A stretch of 29,896 bases of DNA from a virus. The notes below the pieces were generated by a model. That model was not told where the DNA came from. It saw only the letters and a list, made by a program, of their open reading frames with translations, and made no database searches. The stretch lies in IMG/VR virus record IMGVR_UViG_3300031760_000017; one strand, written 5' to 3'. The position numbers and the translations under genes were made by a program. Positions 29,362 to 29,896 of the stretch are shown one piece after another. How positions within the stretch are numbered: the first letter of the stretch is position 1; every line of letters begins with the position of its first letter.

Positions 29362-29599
29362 GTGGAGCACATACCCTTTTATCATTTTTTAAAAAAATTT
29401 TTCCCGAAATATACCCCCCACATAACATTCAGGGAGTGGCGCTAGCTGAGAAAAATGTATGAGCACGCTGGTAGAAAACACGGCCCTAAAAATAGCGCAA
29501 CAAAATAATAGCTGGGGATATGAATAAAGATAACATCAAAGCATTGTCTTCTCATTTGATCTCTTCTCTATTTGAAGTAGATAATTCGTCGTCGCGAGA

Positions 29600-29896
29600 G
29601 CGTCCGCTGGAAAGACGCTTGAGCGACGCTTTTGCACTTTAACGCGTTAAAGCGTTAAAACTTTAGCGCGTTAAAGCGTAACACTGCACCACGTTAAAGT
29701 CCTAAAACTCTGCCACTTCACCGCGCTAAAGTGGTAACGCGTTAATACTTTAACACGGTGAAGTGGTAACGCGTTAATTTCAGCAAGTTGCACAAAAGTC
29801 TATCCAGCTTTTTGTGCAATCTGACGAAAATATTTTTTGTGCAAACCGCACAAAAACGAGCATGAGCTTTTGTGCAAAATGACGAAAATTATTTTT
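29600..29896. repeat. GC-richer region dense in short palindromes and repeats. It includes the perfect 16-bp palindrome ctttaacgcgttaaag (about 29638-29653) and gtggtaacgcgttaat x2. It also includes ttttgtgcaa(a)tgacgaaaat x2, a copy in inverted orientation, and the palindrome ttttgtgc-N5-gcacaaaa.
   Basis: Read directly from the sequence. No ORF is plausible here. It is a candidate origin, terminus or regulator-binding array. Confidence 0.6.

Noticed and set aside
29079-29372. Minus-strand ORF through the tandem repeat region (the 97-aa track ORF).
   Set aside because: Its sequence is just the repeated units translated (FPSPNQFS twice). It has no RBS and overlaps a terminator.

Overview
The window is a very AT-rich (about 28-30% GC) tailed-phage genome segment with Firmicutes-type AGGAGG ribosome-binding sites. 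UAG (amber) is almost certainly read as a sense codon.

Left arm, plus strand, 3-9184 (replication and nucleotide metabolism):
- DNA polymerase III alpha (DnaE/PolC-type), split by a group I intron that carries a GIY-YIG homing endonuclease
- guanylate/dNMP kinase
- NrdH-like glutaredoxin
- anaerobic ribonucleotide reductase NrdD and its activase NrdG
- dUTPase
- several small hypothetical proteins

A bidirectional rho-independent terminator at 9189-9232 separates this arm from the convergent morphogenesis operon.

Morphogenesis operon, minus strand, 26335 down to 9224:
- driven by a perfect TTGACA-17-TATAAT promoter
- two zinc-ribbon proteins
- large terminase, interrupted by a second group I intron carrying an HNH homing endonuclease
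- a free-standing PD-(D/E)XK homing-endonuclease-like ORF
- portal
- acidic scaffold/protease-like protein
- 182-aa head protein
- HK97-fold major capsid protein, followed by a terminator
- head-tail connector-sized proteins
- a 330-aa major tail-like protein, followed by a terminator
- two further unknown proteins

Genetic code evidence:
- The six-frame track shatters this region because about 90-100 in-frame TAG codons sit inside otherwise continuous genes.
- Conserved motifs continue straight through these TAGs.
- No gene in the window terminates with TAG; all stops are TAA or TGA.
- TAG density is strikingly uneven. The polymerase, the NrdD core, the major capsid protein, the 182-aa head protein and the major tail protein have none. 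Terminase, portal, scaffold, homing endonucleases and many small genes have up to about one per 20 codons.
- One TAG falls on the Walker A Ser/Thr position (GK-TAG) of the terminase, which sits oddly with a simple TAG=Gln assumption.

Right end, 27350-29896:
- GC-richer than the rest of the window
- encodes TAG-free small Cys-rich and membrane proteins behind a uORF/hairpin leader
- ends in a terminator followed by tandem repeats and a cluster of TTAAAG- and TTGTGCAA-containing palindromes, which may be an origin, terminus or regulatory region

Coordinates for genes I reconstructed across TAG codons carry about +/-3 nt uncertainty.
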